Source: Takakia lepidozioides
Lineage: Eukaryota; Plantae; Bryophyta
Direction of reading: 5' to 3'
Length of the DNA: 64,000 bases
Assembly: GCA_030704615.1 (NCBI GenBank)
Contig: CM060731.1
Coordinates: forward strand, 63,488,001-63,552,000
In this document: piece after piece, positions 49,025 to 61,335 of the stretch
Numbering within the stretch: position 1 is the first letter of the stretch
Layout: each line of letters begins with the position of its first letter
Position numbers and translations under genes: made by a program
Notes under the pieces: generated by a model
Seen by the model: the letters and a program-made list of their open reading frames with translations, nothing else
The model's database searches: none
What the model was told of the DNA's origin: nothing

Positions 49025-51781
49025 AGACGGATGGTGTCTCTTTTCTTCTTCTAACTTACTACCATAGAGTCCTTCGTCCAGCGTTTATTAATTCAAATTT
49101 TGCTTGTCTGAAAAATTCAGAAAAATAATGACCTCAATGTGGAAGCGATAAAAAATTTCGCGTTAGGGCTATCCTCTAGATGATATAAAATAATTACCTC
49201 CCTAGAGGTAATTTTAATGTACGTGACCAACTTGTTCAAAAATTGTAAAAATCTCAGTTAAGGTGCCAGACCTAATTTCTCTGAAATAATTAAATATTCG
49301 GCAGCAATGCGCCGGAAGGACTCTACGGTAATTGAGTTTTAGGAAAAGTTGAGTATGAACATGATCACAAATTTGTGAAGATCCTCAATTGATGGTCTTT
49401 ACGGTGGCCACTGCGAGGTTTATTAACTTATAGCTCATTGTAACGCATTTGAGACCTTGCCATATTCTCCCCAACGCACCTTGCAAAGCTGGAGTCAAAC
49501 CCGCAACATATTGTAAAATATCTGTCCACATGGGCGGCGATCTTTCAGATTCATTTTCACTGTATGCACAACATTTGAAGCATAGTAAGTAATCGGTGCG
49601 CAAATGTATGTATGACACATTTCTCTTCCCTTCACTCCGTCATGGGCCCACTCAAGCCAGGCAGGTTCGGTGCCCAGGGTTAGGGCACGAGGAACGCGAG
49701 ACAGATATGACACTTAACTACTGATTATCTCCACTAATTGGGCAGAGTAATAAAGGAAGATCTGAAATGATGAGTCCATGTTCCACAGTCTGGAGCGAGG
49801 CTGACCCGGACTTTGACCGGCTTTTTGTAAAGTAAAGTTGAAGGTGTGTGTGAGTAACGAGATATGCATTTCTTCAAGTTGCCTGACTCACCTGCGGCCG
49901 CATTCAGGAGCCCAGCATTCATGCTCTGCATTTATGGCACACCTTGGGTGAGGAAAAGGTGGCCCGAGTTTTGAGTTTTCTTTGCCCCACTTTCTTGCTT
50001 TGAGGAAGGGCCCACTTGTGGTGCCACACGGAGCACACCTGGCAATTTACAGGGGCACAGTTATCCTCACTATAGCATATCACAAGGCTTTTTTAGGATG
50101 GTGCAAATTTAGGGTTAGGGATAGTTGATTTGGGAGGTGTATTCAATTTGATGGGATGTTGATATATTTAAAATCAGTACTGTTCATATCACACCCTCAT
50201 TTATATCATAAATTATCCGTATTTACAATAAATTACTATAAACTCTTATAATATTTGTAAAGAAGCTCACATTGACCAGGTTCATATGTACTTGTCTATA
50301 AGCCTGATGCTGTAATGTGTGGAATGGGTTGGTGAACTGCTATTGTCACATGCTGTTTGAACAAATCGCAATGGGGAACATTAAGAAGATTTGTGGGCTA
50401 CAATTCCCCACTTAGTTTTTTTTTTTTTTTTAAACATAAAATAACATCACTCCTAGAGTCAAATTATGACTAAGGAAGTCAAGGGAGCAGAGATCCTCAA
50501 ATATGCTTGTTTGAAGGATTGACTTGGGTAGTCTTCAATTTAGAAAAGACTTTTGTGAGTGGGCTACGAAGAATGGGACAAAGTGAGGAGACAAAAATGT
50601 GAGTAATTTGGGCAAGTTTTGTGCAAATTGGGAATAGCAACTTTATTGTCATTCCCGCCTAAATTCTCCCTACTAAGAACTTCTAGAATATGCGAACATA
50701 AACTAACCCTCCATCGACATATTATTGACCTAGTGAAAATCTTTGTCGGATGATTGACAATTTCTCAGATTCAAATTTCATGACAAACCAGAGAAGTTCA
50801 ACAAATGGACGGAAAGAATTCAAACAACAACCCTTCCGTTTCGCATGATGACTAGTGTGTGTTGAATCTCAACCACACGAAGCAAAGAAGGCATGTGCCT
50901 TGGGACCCCAAAACTCTTTCATGGTGCGTCGTTCTTCCTGATACAAAGTCTTTTTCACCTCATTATACAACTTTATCATCCACACCGCCACCTACAGACA
51001 TCATCCACACCTAACAAAGTTAGCATCAATAGTTAGTTCTGAATTTACACGGCTCAAGTACAGCACGGCTCTCACAACCCACGCCTCACTTTTTATTCTG
51101 CTATCGCCAGGAATCGCCAACCCTTGCCCTGCCCGGCTAAACCTGGCTATACTCTAATATTAGACACTATCTGGCAGCTTTATTGCAGTGGCAGATATAC
51201 TCGCACGCACAGTGGCGACACGCAACAACCCGAGTGGCGATACCTGGCTATACCACGTCGTGAGCAGGGCTAAACAGAATCGCTGTTCTGGTACGACGGG
51301 GGTACAGTCCAACAGCGCTACGGCCAACTCCGACGGAACTGTGACGGTCTGACGTACCCACCTGCTGCCCTACCCCCTCCCTCACCGGTTTCGCCACTGG
51401 CCGCTACCTGGCACGGGGTTTAGCCGTGAATAGCCGCATGGTGGATTTCAGAATCTGGAACGTGAAGTACGTAGCCACGTGGCGTACGACGTGCAGCGTG
51501 ACGTGGCGGGGTGACTGTCTGTCACAAACAGGACACGAACGAACAGAAGTTGACATCCATCCTTTAACTTCATCCTTGTCATCCTTCATCCAAGTCGTCA
51601 TCCATCCTTCAACCTCTTCCAAGGCCAAGCGGTCCATTCGCATGCCACCTTCCACGCCCTCGAGTTCATTTGGCACGTGGACCATCAGCGACAATTAGGC
51701 CCAACCCAACCCTAATTTTGAGCTTGTATACAACTCTTGCCTTCTCTCTCTCTCTCTCTAGTATGAAACTAATTGCACATC

Positions 51782-51845
51782 AGCTGGTAGCTCAGCTGGT
51801 AAGTGCCGCCCTGGTGGTTCGGGGTTCAAACCCGCTGCCCTGCGT
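51782..51845 (+). repeat. tRNA-like segment (SINE head or tRNA pseudogene)
   Basis: A-box TAGCTCAGCTGG (51788-51799), B-box GGTTCAAACCC (51823-51833); no complete cloverleaf. Confidence 0.55.
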
Positions 51846-52140
51846 GGTGTGTGTGACCGGTTGGTCTGGTGGTGACGTTTCCCACCTGTGTGCCTAATGG
51901 CTTATCTGAAAGGGGGTTAATTTTCCCCCCTCCTCAAGGGCCTGAATTGTGAGAAGTGGCTCTTTTTCATAAATTTTAAAAAACAAAAAAACAAAAAAAA
52001 GATTAAGGTAAGCCCTCATCGCGGTGCATGTCCTAATTGTGGTGCACCAATGTACTCCTATGGAGCGCCCATGCTTGGAAGGTGTCACAGCATACTTAGA
52101 CGCAGAGTTGGCCAATAAACTTATCCAAAGAGGAATGAAC

Positions 52141-53049
52141 CAGTGTTGTAGGGGTAAATAGATTTTTGCTTACCCTATAGGTAAGGGTAAATAGAAATAG
52201 AGGATTATTTATCCTCCGGGTAAGGATAAATTATTTATATGTTCATTTGTTTATCTTACAGGCAACAGTAAATTATTTATATGTCCATTTATTTATCCTA
52301 CGTGTAAAGGATAAAGGCATATTTTTGACCGGGTAAAGAGAAATGATTTATCCTTTCAATACCTACCAGATAAATAAAGGATATATTGAAGGGATTTTTT
52401 TTTGGTTTGTTATGCTCAACTCAAAAATATAAATAATTAAATAAGGTAATCAATTTTTTGGTCTATTTTTTGGTTTAGTATGAGGCTGATTGTATCATAT
52501 GTTGTGAATAATATGAGGGATGATCATGAGCGTGTTTCTTCACACCAAACATAATAATCAAACAAGGCCAAATAAGACCATGTGCCTCGTCCACGAAACT
52601 AGTGCCTCCTAGATCAAGGTTGAGTTGATAGAATTGGAAACTCCCCGCCCATACACTCTAAACAAAGTGACTCTTGATACAAACCTAGAGCTTTTCATAG
52701 AGATGAAGCCCTTATATGGTACGGAGGACCATGGTATGCCCCCCTTATATGGTGCACAATATTGGTACGCCGTTGGAGATTGGAGATGGTGATAGAGGGA
52801 GGATGTTTGCACAAGGGATCCTTGAGTGAAGGCCCTCGGACTTAGGGATGAAGAGTTTTGTTATTTACCTTGTTGCTATTTATCCTCCAATAATTTATAT
52901 TTACACACAAGTAAAGGGTATATGGAAATTATTTACCCTTCAGACGTGTAAGGGTAAGGGTATCTCAGATTATTTATCCGTCTTTAGGGTAAGTGTAAGT
53001 GTAAATGAAATGAGCCAATCCCGGTAAATGATTTACTCGCACAACACTG
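52141..53049. mobile_element. hAT-type non-autonomous element, 909 bp
   Basis: TIRs CAGTGTTGT…ACAACACTG; perfect 8-bp TSD GAATGAAC (52133-52140, 53050-53057); subterminal GGTAAA/TTTA(T)CC repeats. Confidence 0.93.
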
Positions 53050-53290
53050 GAATGAACCACTTAACCCTTGTTTTATACTCAATTTATCTTAAGTAAACAT
53101 TGTTCTAACTACAAAATGATGGGGCACCTAACGAGCTTTCCAATGGTATCTTTATAGATTGGTAGGTACCAAAACTGCAATTTAACGGTGCCCTATTACG
53201 GTGACACGTGAAAAACTCATATTATTCCAAGTAAGATGAGGTCTATTGAAAATTGTTCTAAGTACAAAAAATGGGCATGTATCTTTAAAT

Positions 53291-53682
53291 TCCCCGACCG
53301 CACTGGTGGCTAACTAGCCACTAATAGCTGTGGCTGGTTAAACTATTATTACTTAGCCGAGGCTACAGGTCGACCCCACACAGTAGCTAAAGTAAGCCAA
53401 GGTTAGGGAAGGTTAAGGTACTCGTTGCCCACTAACGTTGTCCTCGCGTGCTGTACATTGACAGAGTGGTGTAGGGATGTACTTCTGAAATTTCCTCCTG
53501 CTGCCCCACAGGGCTAAATTTAATACGTGGGGAGAGGAGGAGTTGAAAGTGGGGCAAATAGGCAGGGTAGTTTAGCCAACCCTAATCTTAGCCACGGCTA
53601 AATTTCCTAGTGCGGAGCTAAATAGACATAGCCGTGGCTAAACTCCACTTAGCCATGGCTAAATCAGGCAGTGCGGCTGGGA
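53291..53682. mobile_element. PIF/Harbinger (Tourist)-like MITE
   Basis: Imperfect TIRs …CCGCACTG / CAGTGCGG…; internal GGCTAA/TTAGCC motifs; a related end fragment lies at ~61748-61825. Confidence 0.6.
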
Positions 53683-54076
53683 TGAACCATAAAGATATTA
53701 GGGTAGAAGTACCGGTTACCACTCCACAAGTTAATGTGAATAACTTTTTGTACATTTAGCTTTTGAGGTCATGTAATACCTTCATAGAATGGGGTTTATA
53801 GAGGACAAATTTCTTTTGTTGAAATTTTAATGAGATTTTACCTTTTTATGAGGAAATCTTCATCCTATTTTGATGCACCATGTTTGTAATGTGTTGCACT
53901 TTGATCCTTGGAGCATGGTATTATAGGTTCATTTTGCATTTTTTTGGGATAGAGCCCCCTAAGTAGTAAGTAAAGTAGTTATTAATAGATACTAGTAAGT
54001 AGTAAGGAGAAGGGCCTTCTGCTCCCTTATATTCCATGCACTTCAAAGCTATCACATTGCCTACATCCAACATCCT

Positions 54077-55728
54077 CAACAAGAGGAAGATTGAGAGTGG
54101 CCAGCTTGCGGCTACATAACTGGTCACTTGGTCCAATCTTGAAAAGGGCAGTACTACAAGGGGAAGAGGCTGTTATTTACGTTAGCTCCGGCTGGCATTG
54201 TTTATATATATATATATAACAATTTTTATATATATGCGGCCCACCCCGGCAAGCCTTCCATAAGGCCGCTCAAACCCCACACGTGCCAATTTGGGGTAGT
54301 CACAGTAGAGCTATCTACGTCTACCAGCCATTGACCATGTCCATCCTCTCACAACCTCTCTCACTGCAATTTGGTTGGTTCTTCCCACTTCTTTGCCGTC
54401 CACCTACCCCCTTTCCTCTCTCTACAAGTCCGACATTGCATCCCCCTTTGGCTGACATCTTTCATGTTTTGGAACACGGGCCCTTCCTTGTCACCTATGG
54501 TTGGGGACCACCTTGCGGATATCTGCTAACCACCTGTCCACATTGCAAGATTTGTCTTTGAATTAGAAAATTGTAATAGGGTGCAGACGAGTGAAATATC
54601 AACTTCCAGCTAGTGACATTGCGGCCAATGTCGGAATGTATATATATCTATTAGTCAATAGTTGAGGTGGAGGCTTTAGAATCGTGACATCATCCCAGGA
54701 CTACGGGGAATCATTTCAAAATCTACCCACAAAAGTTTGAATAAATTGAATAATGCAACATAACTTGTTGTGCGCACAATCATACATGAAACATGAAGTG
54801 CAAGCCATGGCTTTATGGTTTTGTTTGTAACGTAGCTGAGGCGATGCACACACAATATCCCGTGAACTGCACTCCAACATTCCCCACGAATAATTTGACC
54901 TCCTCGCGCACGTAGCTACCTTACCTACAATACTTCCCTACGCATATAAAAGAAAATATGTGATGCTGCAGTAAGGACAAAAAAAAATTAAAAGACAAAT
55001 GAAGAATATATGCTGAAAGCACATTATAAAAAGAAGAGCACATGTCTCCGTACACAAATGCAAAGATACTACGTACAAATATGGACAAGTCTCGACACTG
55101 AAAACGTGAATCTTGCATAGGTTTACCTACGTGTTTCACAACCCGCCCTATTCCCCTAATTCTCGAAATATTATATAAATATGTGGGGCAGATTAGTAGT
55201 ATCTGCAAGGGGAGTACCACCTTACTTTATGGGCAGAGGAGGTTGATTGACAATGGTTGATTGACAATAATTTTGGTAAGAGCTTTGGGTAGCATATTAT
55301 TCCGGTATTGAGGAGAATTACCCACCAATTCTTGCCATGGTGATTCAGCACAACAACGGCTGCCATTTTTATATGCTGAATCGCGTGGGAACTCCGAGGA
55401 TCCTTTAGCGGATCTTTCAGGGCGCTGGTATGAAACAAACTAGATAAAGTATTTTTCCAAAAGTTTGTTATTTTCGTTCCCCAGGCCTTTGCCCTCAATA
55501 TCTAAAAAAAGGTCTAGATCATGGAACTTTTCGCGGACAATGAGATTGGGGGATGGCCATGAGTGCAAACTGCATTACCTATGGATCACATATTCATTGG
55601 CCACGATGGCTCACCCAATGGTAGGTAGTGCCATCAGTTTTTTATTTTTAAATTGTGATGATTTCCTGCCAATGTATTATTCTTTTATATATAATTTTTT
55701 GTATGGTTCACCGAATTGGTTTCAAATG
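54077..55728 (+). repeat. Copy 1 of a ~1.6-2 kb local direct duplication (unclassified repeat)
   Basis: Collinear with 56567-58527 + 59749-59789, from caacaagaggaagattgagagtggc to tggttcacc.aattggtttcaaatg. Confidence 0.88.
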
Positions 55729-56566
55729 GGAACACACTAGACATAGGATGGGAGTTGAATGGGTGCGTGCGAGCTGACCTGTGTGGACACCGGGGCTTGG
55801 CAGAGACCGGACGCCCTTGGCGGGGCCCGCAATCAAATCCCCACCCCCTCAGCCTCGCCCTTGTGCCTGTATTTATGGAATAGAAGCCTAAAGTGGTTGT
55901 TTGAATTTAACCCTAAATGCCCACCAAGCTTGGCAAAACGGGCTTCTGGGCCTATTTCATTGTAAATTGTTCTTTCAGATCTACTTCAATTTTTATGAAA
56001 TTGATGCCATAGAATGGTCCATGTCGTGGATTGCCAGAATTGGGCAACTGATTGCCCTGATTTTGGGTTAATACTTAAGTGTCAAACTGACCCAAAACGG
56101 GTCGGTCAGGTTTCTTGAACCATCCAGCTCTTACTGGGATTAACTCCGATTTGGGTCAATTTTGGCTCATTAGGTAGAAGAAAAGTTTTACACTAAATAA
56201 CATCGGCCAATCTTCAATCTATATACATATACATAGAGTATGATCTCCAACTTTTCTGGCATGTTTTTGCGAGTCATCTTGCTAGAGTTGTTTGCATGGC
56301 AACCGCGGCCATGATAAGAAAAGATTTTCCAGCCGTCCTAAGGATGGCTAGCCCCACACGCATCCCAATATCCCATGAATGCGCAGTAGCTTGCATGGCA
56401 GCCACTCCAGGGGCTGTAGGTAGGCTTGGTCTGAAGCACATGGAGGGTTGTGGATGTTCAGCACCCTAGGATAATGTAAAGGATCCGGGGGGCAAGCTAG
56501 CCATAAAAGGTGTGGGGTGGGTAGAGGACATGGGCTGGTGAAAAGAGGGGTGGCACCAAACCTGAG

Positions 56567-59500
56567 CAACAAGAGGAAGATTGAGAGTGGCTAGCCTGCC
56601 ACTACGTAACTGGTCACAATTACATAGAGCCTGGGGTAGTACTACAAGGGGAAGAGACTACAAGGGGAAGAGACTGTTATTTATGTTAGCTCCGGCTGGC
56701 GTTATATATATATATATATATATATGTGGGCGGCGGCCCTATCCCATCAAGCTTTCCATAAGGCCGCTCAAACCCCACAGGTGCCAATTTGGGGTAGTAA
56801 AGTAAAGGTGTCTACCCTCTATCAGCCATTGACCCTCTGGATCCTCTCGCAACCCCTCTCACTGCAATTTGCTCGGTTCTTCCCATCACTTTGCCTTGCC
56901 ACCCACCCTCTTCCCATCCATCACCTTTTCCTCTCTCTATAGGTCCAATGTCGGCTCCCCCTTGGCTACTTTGTATATGCACATTTCTTTGACCTTCGGA
57001 CCTAGCCCAATAATCGAGCAAGATAGTATAGGCCTTCTCCCTTCTCACATACATATAGATGAAGTGACAATGAGGTTGAAGAGATCCAGGCAGGTAGAAT
57101 ACGTGTCATGTGTGGGGAGAGTTTTATGTCACGAAGGTGTTTGTGGTGAGGCGTCTTCCCATTGGTGGGAGATGGTGGGATTGAGGCGACCGCTAAATTC
57201 CAACCCCCAAGTTTCCAATCAGGGACATCTCTCATGTTTTGGAACAGGGGGGATGGGGCCCTTCTGTGTCCCCTATGGTTAGGGACCACCTTGCGGATGT
57301 ATCCTAAACACTTGTCCACTTGTAAGATTTGTCTTTGAATTAGAAAATCGTAAAGGTTGCGCATGAGTGTGAAATATCAACTTCCGGCTAGTGACCTCGG
57401 CCAATGTCGGAATGTATATATATCTATTAGTCAATAGTTGAGGTGGAGGCTTTGGAATCGTGACATCATCCCAGGACTACCCGAAATCATTTCAGAATCT
57501 ACCCACAAACGTTTGAATAAATTGCATAATGCAACGGAACTTGTTGTGCGCACAATCATACATGAAACATAAAGTGCAAGCCATGGCTTCATGGTTTTGT
57601 TTTTAACGTAGCTGGGGCGATGCACACACAATATCCCGTGAACTGCACTCCAGCATTCCGCACGAATAATTTGACCTCCTCGCGCGGGTAGCTACCTTAC
57701 CTCACTTCCCTCCGCCTATACAAGAAAATACATGACGCTGCAGCAAGGACAAAATATTTTGAAAGACAAATGTAGAATATATGTTAAAAGCGCATTATAA
57801 AAATGAGACAACATGTCAAAATATACAAATGTGAAGATACTACGTACAAATATGGACAGCTGTCGACATTGAAAACATGAATTTTGTGTAGGTTTACCTA
57901 TTGAAGCATGTCCTATGCATACGGTGATGTACCACACATAAAATACAATCATATGTTCTACGCACCTACTCTACACAATCACGTGTTTCACAACTTGCCC
58001 TTTCCCCTAATTCACGAAATATTATATAAACATGTGGGGCATATTAGTGGTATCTCCGGGCAAGGGGAGTACCACCTTACTTTAGAGGCGGAGGAGGTTG
58101 ACCGACAACAATTTTGGTAAGAGCTTTGGGTGAGTTTAGCATATTATTCCAATATTGAGGAGAATTACCCTCCAATTCTTGCCATGGCCGAATCAGCATG
58201 CACAACAAGGGATGCCATTTTTGCATGCTGAATTGCAAGGGAACTGTGGGGATCCTTTAGCGGATCTTTTAGAACAACAAACTAGATAAATTAATATTTC
58301 CAAAAGCTTGTCATTTTCATTCCCGAGGCCTTTGCCCTCAATATCTAAAAAGAAGTCTAGATCATGGAACTTTTCGTCCACAATGAGATTGGGGGATGGC
58401 CATGAGTGCATTACCTATGGATCACAGATTCATTGGCCACGATGGCCTACCCAATACTGCCATCAGTTTTTTTTTTTTAATATTGTGATGATTTCTTGCC
58501 AATGTATTGTTCTTTTATATGTCATTCATTTTATTTTATTTTAAAGAGGGATTGTAGCCCTTTAACTTTATTGAATGGTAAGAAAAAAGTAACCTTACAA
58601 AGCCATAGGGCTGAGAAAGAAGACATTGCTCCAGGCACTAAGCATAAGAAGGTGAGGGAGGGAGAAATTAGTAGGAAGAGAGCAGATCATAAGGAGATAG
58701 CAGACAACGCACAACCTGATAGCACAGATAGAATGCTAAGAAGAAGCAAATCATAGAAGATTACATAATGCTCCCTCTCTTGCATTTGGGAGCATCAAAA
58801 GATAGCTGAGCCTTGGACTTGCCCTTCCTAAAACTACGTCTATGCCCAATTAACCTCCGAATCTTCAGCATTTTTTGGGGATGGCCTGGCACTAACCGAG
58901 CCGCCAGCAGATAGGGAGTTCGTCTCTCCATTCGATTGTCGAGTCCGAAGACCTCCAAGAGATGATTCGCCCTTCCCCCCAAAGAACTATCAGAAGAAGA
59001 GAGCGTGCAATTGGATTCTTATGCCATTGCCGCATTGCCGAATAGCTGCAGACAACACAACCCAAGCCCCTCAGACAAAACGTCTGAGTATAGGTTCACT
59101 TTGATAGAGCAGAGAACACCTTGTTTTCCAGATATGTCAGAGGGCAATTCCCCTTATGGTCTCCCACACCGAACAAGAAGAGTAAGAGATACCACCATTA
59201 AAGTTTAAAAGCGGGGCAGCTTCAAAGAAGAGTAATGAGGCGTTCCAATTGGAGTAGAAAATGCAATGCGTCTCCAAATTGCAGTTTTAAATGCAAAGGG
59301 AGAATTTACCAAGCAATGCTCAATGCTTTCTAAGTGATCGAGATCGCAAGAGATACAGTGAAACGGAGAATCAGCAAAGAAGGCCCCAACTGGGATTCTA
59401 TTTACTAGCCTCCACAGAAAGGCTGATATTTTAGATGATCCATGTTTCCTCCAAGTGTCGGCCCACACCGATTTCCAAGAGATAGGATGACCAGGGACAT

Positions 59501-59789
59501 GGGCCCGTCTATCAACCCACTTTCGATCGAAAATGTTGTATAGGCATCAATAGGTTATAGCCCAACTTCACGGTATAACCAAAGAGGTGATCGTGTTTTT
59601 TGTTCAATCCAAATCCACTCTCCGGGATCAAATTGAAGCATTCTAATAGGAGCAAAGAGAAACCAAATGAAGTTGCATTGAGCACAGTGCCGAATGTCAA
59701 GGGGAGGAACATGGCTCGATTTCCAAATATGATACAGAAGACCCTAATTATGTAATTCTTTTTATGGTTCACCAAATTGGTTTCAAATG
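56567..59789 (+). repeat. Copy 2 of the duplication, interrupted by LINE-3
   Basis: Collinear with 54077-55728; carries an extra ~250 bp (~56985-57225) absent from copy 1. Confidence 0.88.
58528..59748 (-). mobile_element. 5'-truncated LINE (LINE-3; zf-RVT and 3' UTR)
   Basis: KISAFLWRLV…CISC…ESIEHC; A-rich tail; TSD TATGT(C/A)ATTC at 58518-58527 and 59749-59758; empty site visible in copy 1 at ~55690. Confidence 0.88.
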
Positions 59790-60656
59790 CAGCAATTGCT
59801 GTTTTAATACTATTATTTTCTATCGAGGTTTAAATATAAAATGTTTTGATTTTATATTTTATATCGATTTTTTTATTCTTTTCCTCAGGGAGTATTGTCA
59901 CTATCGAACGGTTTTCATTTTATACTTTAAATATTTATAATTTTTGTTTCAATAAAATCAAGACCGCCAGATTCAACCTCCCAGTTGTGTAATTGGGGTG
60001 GAGCCATTACGTGAGTAGCCACTTGATTCATTTTGATTGCAAATATATTTCATGCGGAAACAATAGGAATATTGTAAGAACTAAATGGAGGCATGCAATC
60101 TGACGGTACTTTCGTCGAATTCACATAATGTTGGCTCCTTGAGCTTTGTTGATTAAAAAAATGGTTACTCGATTGGTTTCTGGTAGAAATGGTTATTGGT
60201 TATGTAACCCTCCCATGTTGCCCCGGGTACGGCCATTATAATTTGTTTATCGTCCAAACGGAAGGTAGTAGCCCTTCAGGGTGGAATTACACCATTAGTT
60301 CCGTGCGGTTTGAGAAGAGTTTTTTTCCCCTTCCTTCCTTCTTATAGGATTCAATATTTATTTATATTCTAAAAATAATTAAAACTACATCGGATCTTAC
60401 TATACACCATATAATTTTTTTAATTAAGAGTTATTATGAATTTCAAAATCAAAACATATTCAATCAATTAATGATACTGTTTGTACTATAGAAAGAAAAT
60501 CCAGCTAGAGCTGACATAACTAAGAGGCCCTTCATTTTATGGATATGTTTGCTATCAATGATTTGTTCTATGAAAGTTTCTATAATTAACAAGTAAAATT
60601 AAAATATTTAAACATAGAGACTAAATAGATGCATACATCTAATATCTATCATAGAC

Positions 60657-61335
60657 TTTGTTGATGTGTATATATAATATGTTAATATATCTATATTTTT
60701 AATTTTCCAAAATATGAAAAAGACAAAAGTCCAATATTAAGAGTTTTGACATTTCATTAGGTGTTGTAATTATCACTTCTATAATATATGTATGTAATTC
60801 GTAATATATTAATAAACTGAAATGTGCTCACCACTCTTTGGGTTTCAAAAACTATGCAAACCAATTATTTCTGTTTGTAATTAATATTTAGAAGTGATGT
60901 AACATTTACATTGAATACGTGAATCTTCAGAAGAAAGAAAGAAAATAACGTTAGAGCATATTTGACAATAAAATTACTCTCATAATCCAAACGTAGTTTG
61001 GAACTTTTTTCTTTTCTTTTGAGCTTTGTTTTGTTTTGTTTTGGGCAACTTAAGAAATGACGACGATGACGTCCTACGAAACGGGGCGATGGTGGTGTGG
61101 CACTATGGCACCCTTTTCCTGTTCTGATTCTCATAATTCAGTTTTTTCCGCATACAGCCCAAAGATGACCATGATGATGTGGCTGACGATGACGTGTCCT
61201 ATGAAACGTGGCGACAATTGTGTGGCACAGTGGTGGTGTGGCACTATGGTAGCCTATTCCTGTTCTAATTCCCACAATTCAGTTTTTTCTTTCCGGGTAG
61301 TAAGAAATGACGACGATGATGTGGCTGACAATAAC
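60657..61335 (-). repeat. Uninterrupted copy of the repeat into which LINE-1 inserted
   Basis: Its reverse complement matches 8540-8910 and 17660-17760 contiguously. Confidence 0.8.

Noticed and set aside
51782-51845. Functional tRNA gene
   Set aside because: No acceptor stem or proper anticodon arm.
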